Shown piece by piece: positions 12,501 to 24,786 of a stretch of 48,622 bases of DNA. Under the pieces are notes generated by a model, which saw only the letters and a program-made list of their open reading frames with translations, searched no databases and was not told the DNA's origin. A program made the position numbers and the translations under genes. The stretch lies in NCBI GenBank assembly GCA_036172245.1, contig JAYWIR010000078.1:310001-358622 (forward strand), written 5' to 3'. The DNA comes from Raillietiella orientalis (taxonomy: Eukaryota). Every line of letters begins with the position of its first letter. The first letter of the stretch is position 1.

Positions 12501-15500
12501 ATCATCAGAAGGGGAAATCGAAAAATAACTTACAGCTTCATATGGACATCATGCTTTCATCTCAGTACGGATGATTTTGGAATGGGGAAGATGCCAGCAT
12601 ACTGAAGGAACGTAAGGACGGTTCTTCATCTAACCTGAATCATGTAAAAACGAATAGGAAGGTCCCACAATTTCTACCTCTGTACCATGTATTGTCTGTG
12701 AACGGACATCGAAGTATGGGAGAACTAACTAGCCAGGAATCGTCATTCAGCGAAAACTTTAACGCAGATTCACTGATATCACGTCACTTATTATTATTAT
12801 TATAAAAGGTAAACAGTGAGTCCTGGTGTAATCGTCAGTTTCCATGTTTCCAAGAGCATTCACGGACTTTGCGCAGAAAAGGCAGTTAAATACCGACAAT
12901 ATGGAGCTTATATCACTTCGATTTCTCTGATGCGAGGAAAATTTCGAGCTATTTTTTGCACCAACTCAAACACTGATGCCATTATTCCCCATCAAACCAA
13001 GTCCGATTTCAAAATCTCTGTCTCTCTCTTCTTTTTTTTGGATGTACGATATCTCAATTTATCAGTAGAATCATATGATACATGCCACGACATATCACGG
13101 GACATCGTACCACAGCACCATGTCACGGAGTGTCGTGATTGCAGGTTTCCGTTGTGACCAGGGATGAAGTTGGAGCCTATAAACCTTACCTATACGAACA
13201 GCACGTGTTTGTCAAAGGATCGATGTTTCGGGAATGGCTGTTGACGAAAATAGTGAACGGTGAAAGAGCCAGCTACAGCGCTCCCAAATTCGCTCGGATG
13301 CAGGAAAGAACGCGTAGTCAGATGCTCGAGGACATCGTCACGAACCTACAGAATCATGCTGAAACAGGCCAATTTCCAAAAGCTTTCAGGTACTGTGTGC
13401 TCGCAATGTGTTTTAATACGAAAAAATCTTGAAAGACGAGGATCATGGAGGCCCATCGGGCACATGAGGCCTTCTAGTCCACTGCTTGATTCGTTGAAGG
13501 ACGCATACGAAGGATATGACCAGCTGACAAAAGACTTTTCCAGATATTTTCTAAATGATTCCGATCAGATCAAGTTATTTGACATTTCCTTCCTTGTGGG
13601 ACAAGGAAAACAGAAAACTAGGTTATTTGGAGTTCGCGCCCTTTTAGCCATAAGAAGCAGGTAATTTCCGTTTGACTTCGATGCTTTTAAGATGCACAGT
13701 AATGTTGGAATGGCTCCATTAATGCTTCTAACGATACTTAGAGTTTTCCAAGAGATGCTGTACGGTTTCACAACTGGTTTTGGATCCCCTCAAGTTTCCG
13801 TTGCTGATCTGCTTGCTAGACCAGTGCCTTCTTTACCCTCCCCTACGCATAAAAGGAAAGCTTCAAATTTTCTTCAGGTTCCGGAATTGGAAATGCAGAG
13901 GTAATGTGGTCGCAACCATCCATGCAGGCATTTTAGAATTGCGGGACCAACGCCAGACCCAAAAGTGTTCCAAATTCACCCATTGTAGTGAGGGCTTTCT
14001 CAAGACTGGGTAGTTTGACTTCCGGATGGGGTTGGAACTACAAAAAGCAAGAGGTTTCCAACCTCTCTGAAGCGAACAAAATCAAGTGGAACAGCTCCAC
14101 CGATTGCTCTGGTAACAGACGGTCAAGAAAATCAAACAAAGATCCGTTCCTCTTTGCATAGACAAAGGAAAAGATCGAGCATCTCAAAACCTACCTGTAC
14201 CTCGTCTAAGCGTCTGTGCAGATGTGCACAAAGTAGACAAAACGAAACTCTTCCAAAATGAGGTAACGAATCGTCTTAAGCTGCGTGATTAGCAGAGGAA
14301 TTTTTCGGCATTCCAGTTCACCATAATCGAATTCGAAGCAGACACATTCAGAATCCTTTTGAATTACCTTCACACTGGTGTCTGTTCCTTCTCTTGCATC
14401 AACATCCCTGGATTGATATGCGCTGCCGAACATTTCGACCTTCCTGAGCTTTTGCAAGCTTGTTTTCATCATTCCAAACAGTTCCTAAGGGTCGAAGTGG
14501 TAATCCTGAATGTTCAAAGCTTCCATTTATTTATGTAGATTGTAGACTTGCAATATGCTTATCCAGCTAGAAAATTATTACTGGAGGTACACTTCCGCTT
14601 CGGAGTTAGTCAACATGATTCTTGCATTCATTGAACCAAGAGCTTTGCAGGTATTTCTTTTTTTCTTTGAGTAATTGCAGCCGATGCTGTGTTTCGTCGT
14701 ATCTGTTGCATCCCGGTGGTGGTAACCAAGCCGTCACTGATGGTTTCCAGAAAGAACACGTGGTTTCTGAAATCATATCCCGATCGTTTTTAACTAGGTC
14801 CTCACACTGAAGCATTTGTGCGCTTTCCTTTATGTGTCTGTGTGCGCGCGTTGGATTGGATAAATGCAAGGAAGATTTCAGACTTAGCCGCTGAGAAAGC
14901 TGTTCCCAAAATATAAATGCATTCCTAGAATGATTTTATCGGTTCGAACGCAAGCTGAAGCGCGCGTGCGTCCCTCAGCACCTTCTTCGCAGTTCTGTCA
15001 TTTCCCTTGTCGACTGAATTCGCCACCTGAATTTGCCTTCGGAGGAAGGACACAGACTGAGAAAAGAGAGAAAGTCGCTCACTCGAAGTGCTCATGTCTC
15101 GCTCTTGCAAACTGTTGGTCGTCCACCCTTGGTGCTTTGGTTAGGATAGAGGATAACAAACAAATGATGACATCCCTGACGGAAGTAAGAAGGAGCTACC
15201 CACGAAAACGTCCTCATCACGTTCAGGGCGGTTTCCTCCTTCGCTAACCGCATAGCTCTGGTTCTTCCAAGCAACTCCACCAGACGCGAACCTGTTTTTC
15301 AGATCCTCCAATGCCCACGTTGCCACCATTCTTTGCCGATTCTGTTTTACTGTGGGACTATTTCGTGCAAGCATCTCTTTCCAGAGCACAAACATCGGTG
15401 TTTCGGAATTCAGGGTTTCGTGCTTTGGAAGTCATTTGTAGGCCACGCGTTGAGTTCACTCAGAGTGAGGATGAAAAACCACCGTTTCCCACCGCGAGGA

Positions 15501-16199
15501 CGTATTTTTTTAGCTCTGCGGAAGACATAAGGCCTAGTTTGCAATAACGCTTTCAAAGGGCTTTGTTTCCCAAAGACTTATCCCCTTTCTGCGTTGCCTA
15601 CAAGGGGGAAGGGGAGGGGGGTTCGTTCCCACTCGTTACCGTTACTGGAGGTACACTTCCTCTTCAGACTTGCTCGATATGATTCTCTCATTCATTTAAA
15701 CTTCTGTTTGTCTTTTCCTTTCCTCCTTGTTGTTCTCACCCAGATTTTTAACCATTTCGAATTTTTGCACTTGTCCGAATCGATCGTGCAAATGATCATG
15801 AGCAGGAATCTGGAAATTCCCGAGATAAAGAAATTCGAAGCCATGCTGATGTGGGCCAAGAACAAGGTCAAGCACAAGGCACCAGAAAGCAAGGTGACTT
15901 CTAGGGTCGAGTTCCTGCGCATCATGGAGAGGCTGAGCAAGGACCTCAAGCTGTATCGCATCACACCTCACGAGCTCATCAAAGTAATCCTCATTTACGT
16001 CCGCGGGAGACTGGTCACGATTCCTCTTCCTTTTCAGATTGTGCTACCCAGTAAAGCCATCAAGAACGAAAGAATACTTGAAACCCTTATGTTTCAAGCC
16101 AACTCAGGAATGTACCGCATTCAGGATGACTACCTGCGAGCATGCGCGCAGCGCCAGAATTCCCACTTCGGCGAAATGGAATCGTTCGACTACACATGA
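506..16199 (+). CDS. rad: Rap GTPase-activating protein with C-terminal BTB and BACK domains (radish-like); 5'-partial, 14 exons, ~788 aa visible
   Basis: Exons joined in frame by GT-AG introns: 506-670, 3297-3477, 3530-3674, 5198-5337, 7422-7583, 13145-13389, 13436-13660, 13742-13900, 13957-14111, 14162-14262, 14317-14499, 14546-14650, 15744-15983, 16038-16199 (TGA). RapGAP motifs: [39 protein letters not shown], and catalytic [11 protein letters not shown] (Asn thumb intact). BTB: DISFLVG...[14 protein letters not shown]...[46 protein letters not shown]. The first exon starts in phase 2, so upstream exons lie outside the window. The radish name comes from recalled architecture and is less certain than the domains. 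Confidence 0.92.
1338..1560 (-). mobile_element. Decayed non-LTR retrotransposon ORF1 fragment (CR1/L2-like)
   Basis: ERELVLKQ...[15 protein letters not shown] resembles the 'DLT..eR..rk' motif at the end of CR1-type ORF1. By-eye match only. Confidence 0.35.
1974..2210. repeat. Dispersed ~240-bp repeat, copy 1 (probable non-autonomous element)
   Basis: Shares TCCATCTAGCATAGGTG, TAGGGGGGCAAGTTG.TAGCAAGGTCCGCCACTCGGTTTCTTTTAATC and GAGGAGGAGAAAAGATTCAA with 4225-4469, in the same orientation. Confidence 0.85.
4225..4469. repeat. Dispersed ~240-bp repeat, copy 2
   Basis: Direct diverged copy of 1974-2210 with a longer (GAG)n tract. Confidence 0.85.
5950..6500 (+). mobile_element. Decayed Penelope-like reverse transcriptase remnant
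   Basis: Frameshifted motifs in the expected order: [10 protein letters not shown] (~Q..G.aMG), PWWK/RYVG (~W.RYVDD), [12 protein letters not shown]...RERAL (~S.HP...K...RA). Confidence 0.35.
8790..8960 (-). mobile_element. Decayed Ty3/gypsy pol fragment (RT-RNase H junction)
   Basis: [16 protein letters not shown]...SLSTDAH resembles 'iaaPLt.LL.k...f.W...l.tDAs'. Confidence 0.4.
15642..15699 (+). pseudogene. Degenerate partial copy of RapGAP exon 14546-14650 inside the following intron
   Basis: TTACTGGAGGTACACTTCC is identical to 14578-14596; 46/55 nt match overall. Reads [18 protein letters not shown] versus [19 protein letters not shown]. Confidence 0.8.
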
Positions 16200-19100
16200 A
16201 AGAATGAGAGGATGCAGGAACACAGTCGTGAAGCGTTCTCCAGGTATCTTCAGACACGAGAGTGAAGAGTGGACAGCTCATGGGAAGCATTAATGGATCC
16301 ACACTCCCGACAGTGCAATCGAATTCCTGTGATAATTTCGTGGAGTCACGTGACACTGTGTGTTTATGTACGGAAGCTCCGATTCGATACATCATGCTGT
16401 TGTGGCTGCATTGCATCATTTCGAGAACGAACCACATCTTTCCACTGTTCCAGTTTTATTTCTGCAGAGAAGGCATCCACTCTCCCCATCGATTGGTTGG
16501 CTCGTAATGGATTCCGGAATACAAGATCTGTTTCTACGCAAGCTTTATTTTTGTATCGCTACAGACAACACACATGTATAATTTGGCCAAGTGTGCAAAA
16601 TACATTGTTATCAATCAACTGAGTACAGTGTACATCACTCTGGTTTCTTCCATGTGATCAAATTTTGAATTTATTTCAAGTTTTCAGGAATTTATTGACA
16701 GTTTGAAATGGAATGCAATAATTTGGAAATAAGGCACTTTGGAGGCCAGTTTTTTTTTTTTTTTTTTTTTTTCTTTTAAATTTTGTGCACATCAGTTGAC
16801 ATCAACTTTCTGCTTCGACATCGGCTTGTCGATGCGGCTTGGTTCCAATTTATGCAATGATCGCTCGACAGCTCTTCAAAATACTTGCAACCGTCTTTTT
16901 CTTTTGAATGTTTCAGCAGACCGTTCCACACAGAAAATTCGGTTCCTTATTTTGCGTCCTATTGCATTTTATTTTTAAGACTGATTCAAATAAGAATTGG
17001 AAAATTATTAACTTGGTTATCTTCTCTCTCTCTCTGCTTTAGGGATCCTCGGAGCAAGAGGAATCCTCATCTTCTTCAGACAACGCAGAAAAGTTCTTTT
17101 CTAAGTTTGTGAACAGTTTCGGTCCCTTAGAACGAATTGAAAACACTGTTCACGCTTCCATCTACCCATGAATATATTTTTCATCAATTTGATCAACTCT
17201 GATTCCTTGCAGCCGTCTTGCAATTTTCTATTCAGTCTCCTTATTTGAGTCCTAATGCCATTCCCTCTATCAGCCGCTTCTACTGTATGCTCATTTTTAT
17301 CATCAATAGCATATCATGTTCTTTCATTTGAAACTTAATGGCTATTATTCTAATTTTATTATCTCGCAATTAAATAATAATGCAAGACGATATTATTAAA
17401 TTTACTGTTGAATCAAATGAAGCTAATCAAACAATCTTCAATTTTATTAAGATGTTTAAAACAGCTAGTTTATCTGTTATTTATAAATTATTTGAAAATA
17501 AACAAAATGAATTCAATGGCAAAGCAATGACAGAACGTAATTACTATTCAAAAGGAAATGTTGTCGTTGTTGTTTTTAATTTTTGATCCGAATTTAGTTA
17601 TTGCTAATCGAAATGATAAGAGTAGGCTCGTTTCGGAGGTGAGAGAAAAGCATGCATGTGGTCCACAAAAGCTATTTAGACTCCGTCTCCAATTATTTCG
17701 TCCTCACCAGAGTTGTTTCTAAGCAGGCATATTTCGCTGCCCAGTTTCACATCCGTACCAGCTGACTTTCAATCAAAAACAAGACAGGAGAATACCATTT
17801 CACGTACGCACATTCACATGGGAACACATTCGATTCAGTGGTGGTGATCATTTCTTGGCGAAGTCGCCCTACTTTAACGCGACAGCAAGTGCTTGAACTT
17901 CTAGTTTGACTACTTACATCCTCCCTATCTGAGGCGTGGGTTGTTTTACATGATCTTGCAGTAACCCCTCATCTCATATAAAGTCTGTTTGTCTGGATTC
18001 TCCCTGTCTCTTGCGAGATGATGCACCGCGAGCACCTGGTCATTTTTGGTGACCGGTAATGTAGACATTTCCTTTGCTATCATGTGTGGTCGATTGGCTC
18101 TTTTCCCGATCGTCTGTTCGTATTATTTGAACGTAAATTGATATCACTGATAATGAATTTAATTTTTTTGGACGGAGTATTTGGAGTTTCTTTCCTGTGC
18201 AAATTAATGGTTTTCCTTATCTTCATTAATGTGCTCTAACGATAATTATTTAATACACATTCACATGCCTTGTGATTTCTGGAATGCTAATGATTCAAAA
18301 CCTTATGGCTGGAATACTGACTGGAATTTGTGAAACAGAAGTTCGACTTCCTGTTTTTTTTTTTTTTTTTTAAAAAAAAATGGATGATCTAGAATCTAAA
18401 AAATCGTATTGAAACTTCAAATTATATGAACCTATTCTTCCATATAGAACAATAAAAACGTACTGTTTATTTTGTTTCACTTCGGCTGTATTATAACCTT
18501 TTTGTTTCCTTCCAGTTTTTATCACCTTTATCTATCTGGTGCTTATCCTTAATTGTCTTCGAATCAAAAGATGTATTGAACATTAGCAAACTTCAGCATT
18601 GGTATACCTTTTACTGGCTGTTTCTTAAGGATTCTCAGGCGATCGCCAATTAGACAGTGACATTTATTAAACCTACGATGTAAACAAGCAATGGCTGATT
18701 AGAATGAAAACTGCCAAATGTTTACTTGGTTGGTGGAATTTAAATGAGAAAAGAGGCAATCAGATGTTACAGTTTGTGTTTATGCCTATGGATCATAATC
18801 CAAAGAAATTCAAACACAAATTTCAAATATTTAAACAATAAAACCACTGGAAATAAAGCAAGGCAAGCTTCTAGTGAATCTACCAGGAAATCAGTTCAAG
18901 GAAACGAGGATTAAAGAAGTGTCAACTGACTTTATTGGCATCGTTAAAAACAACTAACACGGTGATTCCATGCAGAGATGTATTTTGCACACCCTTTTAG
19001 ATTGAGAGAGGAAAGTCTGTACCTTAAAGTCCGTATGGTGCTATGTGAAAATGAAAATTACAGATCCTCATACTATTTGAAACAAGTTTTGTTAGCGGAA

Positions 19101-21102
19101 GTGAGCGTAGTTTTTTTTTAGTTACCTGAATTTAAAACTATAACTGTGATTTACCTTTTTTTAAATATGAAAACAAAGATTGTTATTCTTATTGTGGTTT
19201 GATTCACACTGGACTATTCATTTCTTTTTCACGGCCCAGAACACAAAATTAATTACTAGCGATACAAACACATCGCAGTTTCTTCTTCATGACTTTGTTC
19301 TAGGAAGCTCTGTAGAAATCATTCCGGATATTTCGATCTTCTATTAACATCTCTAATGAATTCATATTACGAAAGAATGCGAGTTTAAACAGAAGGAAGA
19401 AAATGATGTCAGTGATCCTTTTTCCCATTTAAAAAATGGAACCGAATTTGATCGGAAGAGGCATTTACATGGAACATGATTTCCTTCAGAACGGAACAGA
19501 AACGGAATGAATTTTCCAAATCTTGAATGTGACTTCATTTTAGGCAAAGCTGTCTAGAATGATGGCATTTTCGGCATAATGTACAATTCTGGTTGTTTTA
19601 ATCAATGAATTTAGAGCTTAAGTTTTAATGCAGTTTTTAGTTTGATTGATTACTTAGTTCCATTTTCTGTGATCAGTGTTTTAGCACTATAAATCAGAGG
19701 TGCATTCCTAACTTATTACTTGGAATCTGTCCAAAAAAAAAAAACATTAAAATGAAGTAGCTAATGAATTTCGTGCTTATAGTATAATTAATTCTCTGGT
19801 AAGCAGCTGCGGTGATTAAGATGCCTATAGGACGATGCAAAAAAAAAAAAAAATAAAGCGTTTTAAAACATGAAATTAAGGCGAAAGGCTTGCTTTTCCC
19901 CCCAATGTACAATAGGGGCAAAGTGAAACAGGAAATCTACAAAATCTAATCAGATGCCACGAAAGTCTCATGAGTCTGGTCTAACTTATAAGTAAAGCTC
20001 TTCGTTCTGACTGAAGTGTTAACTCTTACGGATTCTTGGAAGAAACGTTAAAAAAAAATTCCTTTCGGGAAAAGAGCAAACTTACAAAGAGCTCGAAAAA
20101 AAAAATAAAACTACTACAGGTAGAAAGGATCCGAGGTGGATTCCAGCATCTGGTGATAATGAGAAAATGTTTGATCGTTTTGTGTTGATAACAAATCAGC
20201 CTGTGCGCTTCTTACCGCGCGGGACCATTCCGGAATTAACGAAAGCGCTAGGATTAGCTGTTTCAAATTCTTCTGTCTCGTCGAAGCTGCACGCCTTTCT
20301 CACAAATAAGGAATGAGAGCGATTTTGAGAAGGACCAGTGTGTTTTTCTGTGATGATTGATTCCAAGCTGAAACCTCGTAGTGTTCCATCTTTTCCAAAG
20401 CACTGCGTTAAACCCGAGCATTTTGGTTGAAAGCGTCGGTCGGCTTTGGTATCTTCAACTTTGGCAGTCCACTTGAACATTCACCCTTTTTTATTTTTGC
20501 GAAAAGCATGTTCTGATCACAGATTGTTATCTCATAAATTATGTTGGCTATTTGAGTACACCGTCACGTATTAGCTTCCCGTATCTGTTCAATACCTTTC
20601 ACTTAAATGTTGATGGATATCGGCCTTTCGACGTGTTGGAGTGCTCACTGTTGGAAGTTTTGCTTTTTTAATTAATCTTTTTGTAATTTGATTGCAAACA
20701 GACAAGTATGCTTGCATAAGTTTTAAGATATAATTTTTGTTTGTGTTCAAATACAATAGCGAATTCAGCAAAGTGAAGTCTTATTGGTGCTTTTCACTCA
20801 AAAGTACTTGTGTTCTCAACTAAGAGCTTATATGTATTTGTGGATATTTTCAATAAATATATATATTCAGACCTGCACAGTTTTGAGTAATAAATTATGT
20901 TACTGTTATAGCTTCATGCACCAATCGTTAGATAGGAGAATGACGATTGAATTTTTGCTATAATATAGTGTAATCCAATGCCAAAAAAAGCCTGGTTTCC
21001 CATAAACCTTGGTTAATGACTTTCCATAGTTATGTTGTAATTTCCAAAACAAATGCATTTCCATTGAATAATATTAGTCCTGTTCATCTATTATGATATT
21101 AC

Positions 21103-21919
21103 ATGGAAGAAAAACTTGAACCATCACCAAAGTTAAAGGTATGTGAAACGAGGAACCATAAAATTTGAGTTTGAAGGTAGACAAAGACAGTTGTTAAGCC
21201 CATTGTGTATGGAAATGTAGCAAAATATTTTGGAAAAAAACGAGAAGATGATGGTCATACCCATCAGTGGACAGTTTATGTGAAACCATACCATAATGAG
21301 GATATTTCTGTTTGGGTTAAAAAAATTCATTTCAAACTTCATGAAAGCTATTCGAATCAGAATAGAATAGTTACAAAACCTCCATATGAAATAACAGAAA
21401 CTGGTTGGGGCGAATTTGAAGTCATTATAAAAATTTACTTTCAAGATCCTGCAAATGAAAAGCCGGTACCTTTTATTTATAGTCTGTTGTTGAATTATTA
21501 TCAAACTTCTGATTTCTCTTTAGGTCACTTTATATCATATTTTGCGTCTTTTTCACACAGGACAGGATGCCTCAAATGAAAAAACTGTTGTAGTATCAGA
21601 ATCATATGAAGAAATATTATTTTATGATCCATCTCCTCTTATGGCCCAACTTCTGTCTACCAACCGCTGCAGCACACTTAATGAATATAAGCATGAAACA
21701 GACTGTATGATATTCATATGATTATTATTAAATTAGTGATGTGATTTGTTTTCAGTTGAAAAAGAGAAGGTGAAATCTTTGACATCAATTCTTTCAGCCA
21801 AAACAAAAATACAAGATGAAATAAGAGATTTAAAGGATAAGTTGAAATTGACAAAAGAACTAATTGCCAACTTTCGTAATGAAATTAATAAAGTTCAGAA
21901 AGAATACACAGGTTCCTAG
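21103..21919 (+). CDS. YEATS4: YEATS domain-containing protein 4 (Gas41), 221 aa, 4 exons
   Basis: Exons 21103-21138, 21181-21465, 21524-21704, 21756-21919 (TAG), 666 nt in frame. [32 protein letters not shown]...FKLHESY...[21 protein letters not shown], then [10 protein letters not shown] and a C-terminal coiled coil, as in YEATS4. The ATG at 21103 is inferred. Confidence 0.95.
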
Positions 21920-22666
21920 TGTAAATATGGAATTGTTATTTTTTTTCTCCTTGGATGCACCTTTTATTAAGAGATATGTTTCCCAAGTGGCATATGATAT
22001 TAAGCTTTTCATTATTAAACAGTTATCAAATTTATATTGAAATAAGCTTCACATTTAAAAAAGTTTGTTTTGAAAAGGGTTTGATTTTTTCAAAAAAAGT
22101 GGAATGAAAATGTGGGGAAAAATAGCTGCTGACAACTTTAATCATGACTCAGTATTTCTCATCATTTATTTAAATGATTGAATTGCATTGTGACTTGCAA
22201 ACTCATGTGTTTGATACAAGCACATGATGGGGATTTCTTTTACTTGTGCAAACCAAGTCCGGTCATACTTTTGTCTCATCGCATGTAAACCTCCAAATTC
22301 TTAGTCCATGACATTAAATGATTATTCAATGTAAGCCTGGTTGTCCTAGAAAACTTTTGAAGCTTTATATCTGCCAATCATGAAACTTTATTAATGAACA
22401 GAATATGCAATCTCAATCCAAGGGACAGAGGAACTATGATTGATGAACACATTCTCCAGAAACCCAATGTAAGAAACAATCATTTAACACATAATTATGT
22501 CAAATTGCCTTCTGTTTTACTTTTTCAAGTGGTATTACAAATCAGAGGTTTTAAGATATATCGTTATATTTAAGGCCAGATTGATCAAACACTGAATGTA
22601 CACTTTTACTGCTGAGTGCATGTGAATGTTTCTTACCGAATATCAATGTTGAAAACTAAAAAACAG

Positions 22667-24786
22667 GCAAAAAAGGGTTACAAGACAACTGAGACTATTT
22701 GCTAAGAAATCCGCAGTTCAAATTTCATTCGTGGTCGAGCAGCTAATCATGAGAAAAATAACATATGCTGGATTTAAAAAAATAAAATGCATATGGAGGT
22801 AAAATGATGCTGAAGACTTTGTTACATATGCATTCAATTCTCTACATATTCTGTTGATCTTGATCGATGAATATGAACATGTTAGGCGTATCATGTGTAC
22901 ATACATAGACTGTACTTAGTACATAGCAAATCCTATAGAAAATCCATCGTAAGTTGTGGAAATGAATGCGTCACTATCTTCAAAATTTTTTCAATAACTG
23001 AATATGTAAACTATCTAACCTTTTTTTGGATTAGATTGCTTAAATAATGAACTTTTCTAAGTTGTTACCAACATTTCTATAGTGTAAACCATTACATGCA
23101 TTCTAATACTACCATGTAAGAACAATTTATTTGTTTTCATAATATTCTCCAGAACCCATTTTCTTTTAGCTTTCGCGGGAAACCACCCGAGATCATTCAA
23201 AGACTACCTGATTAGTCTGTGATCATGTGTTCTAGCATTGGACTCTTATTTTGGAACTTTCAGTTATGAACAACGCAGTTCAGTTAATGATAAAGAGATG
23301 GTGATCACTTCAACAAAGTCAGAATACGTATAATTAAAGAATCCTTGTTTAGAAGATTTTTTCATGATACGACATTGTGGTATTCCTATAGATTTAACAG
23401 TGAATTTTTTTGTAGCCAGGTCGACACCCAATGCACAATGTAATGTTTACATCTTGGAAACTGTATTCACATCTAGTCATACAACAAAGCGGACTTTGGA
23501 ATGGAGCTCATTCTGTGAAATTCAGACTTATGAATCAATTGCAAGAAAAACGCTCATATTGTGTATTTCAGCTCTTAGAAGTAATAGTAGTTTGGCTTCT
23601 TTTTCACTGTTTTCATATTTTAGCTCTCATAAGGGAAGAATGAAATCAGTGGCTTAAACACTGTTATAATTCTACTGAACTTTTTATTTTTAATCACTGT
23701 GATTTCAATCTTCCATTACTCAAAACAATTTATTGAGTTTCTCTTCAATTCTTAAATAATTGTTTTCCCGAAACTGATTTTCAATGCGAAATTTCCATTT
23801 GTAACAAGTTTCTGCAATCCGATGAATATGCATTTGGGGGATATAAAATCATTACATTTGGAGCTTCTGATGAAACCACTTTAGGACCCTGCAAGTACCA
23901 ATGTAATAAGCATGTCTAATTATATGGTATTTAGTACATCGCGATTCGAATCTCATAGACATCCACTGCTGCACTCATGTATTTAAATAGTTCAAGCCCT
24001 ATGATCCTCCAGAGATATGCTGGATGAAAACGCTCATTAGAGATGTAAAAATCAGAATCCAAGTGTCCAACCTCACAGCATATTGAATGAACTGAGAATG
24101 ATTTGATAATGATATTTTAATACTATCTTAAATTTCCAAATGGCCTTTTCAGATGTGCTTCATGCATACAAATGAAGGTATTAGCAGAATATTCATGAAA
24201 TAATAATGTATCACAAATTTCCAGATTTGCAATTATTTTTCTGAAACTTTAAAATTAGAATGTATTTTTGTAAGTTAAGTTTCACCAAATACAACTGCAG
24301 TGAGAATAGGCACATTAATAGAAATGCAGATTCATATATCACTACGAAAGTTCACAAATCATATGACTACTGAGCTTTTGTAAATCAGATCACAATATCA
24401 TAATATTAAATTTGCATATTTTGTGTAAAAGTCTTATAAAAATGGAAAGGCACTGTCACAAACATTTTGTATTTAATACTAAAAACTAAAATTTTTCACA
24501 TTTAATAATAATGCTGAATGGATTATATATAGTTCTCGCGTATCACAATCTGCAGAGAACACTAGATTTGTAAATCCGAGTTTTTATTTACTCTATGCAA
24601 AGACTTTGATAAAAGATGTCATTTATAAAGCCTTTACCGATTCATCAATCCAGTTGTTATTGATTTTCATGTTATGACGGTGAGTAATTGAGATTCATGT
24701 GAATAAAATGTAAAATTCTATCAATAAAAGACCTGAAGAAAACTTTTTAGAGCTTTGATTTCAAAAACTCTGCAGAAAGAAACTAG
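22667..24786 (+). other. Candidate unrecognised multi-exon gene or pseudogene between YEATS4 and eIF3f
   Basis: AG/GT-bounded stop-free segments in AT-rich DNA: 22667-22798, 23392-23580, 23991-24044, and 24631-24679 (donor GTGAGT) to 24751-24786. I could not join them all into one frame. Confidence 0.3.

Noticed and set aside
17039..17330. Minus-strand terminal exon reading ...LSEEDEDSSCSEDP*
   Set aside because: Splice phases do not join to an upstream open exon; the plus-strand acceptor is stronger.
20196..20480. 94-aa minus-strand ORF upstream of YEATS4
   Set aside because: No recognisable similarity; probably the promoter or 5' region of YEATS4.
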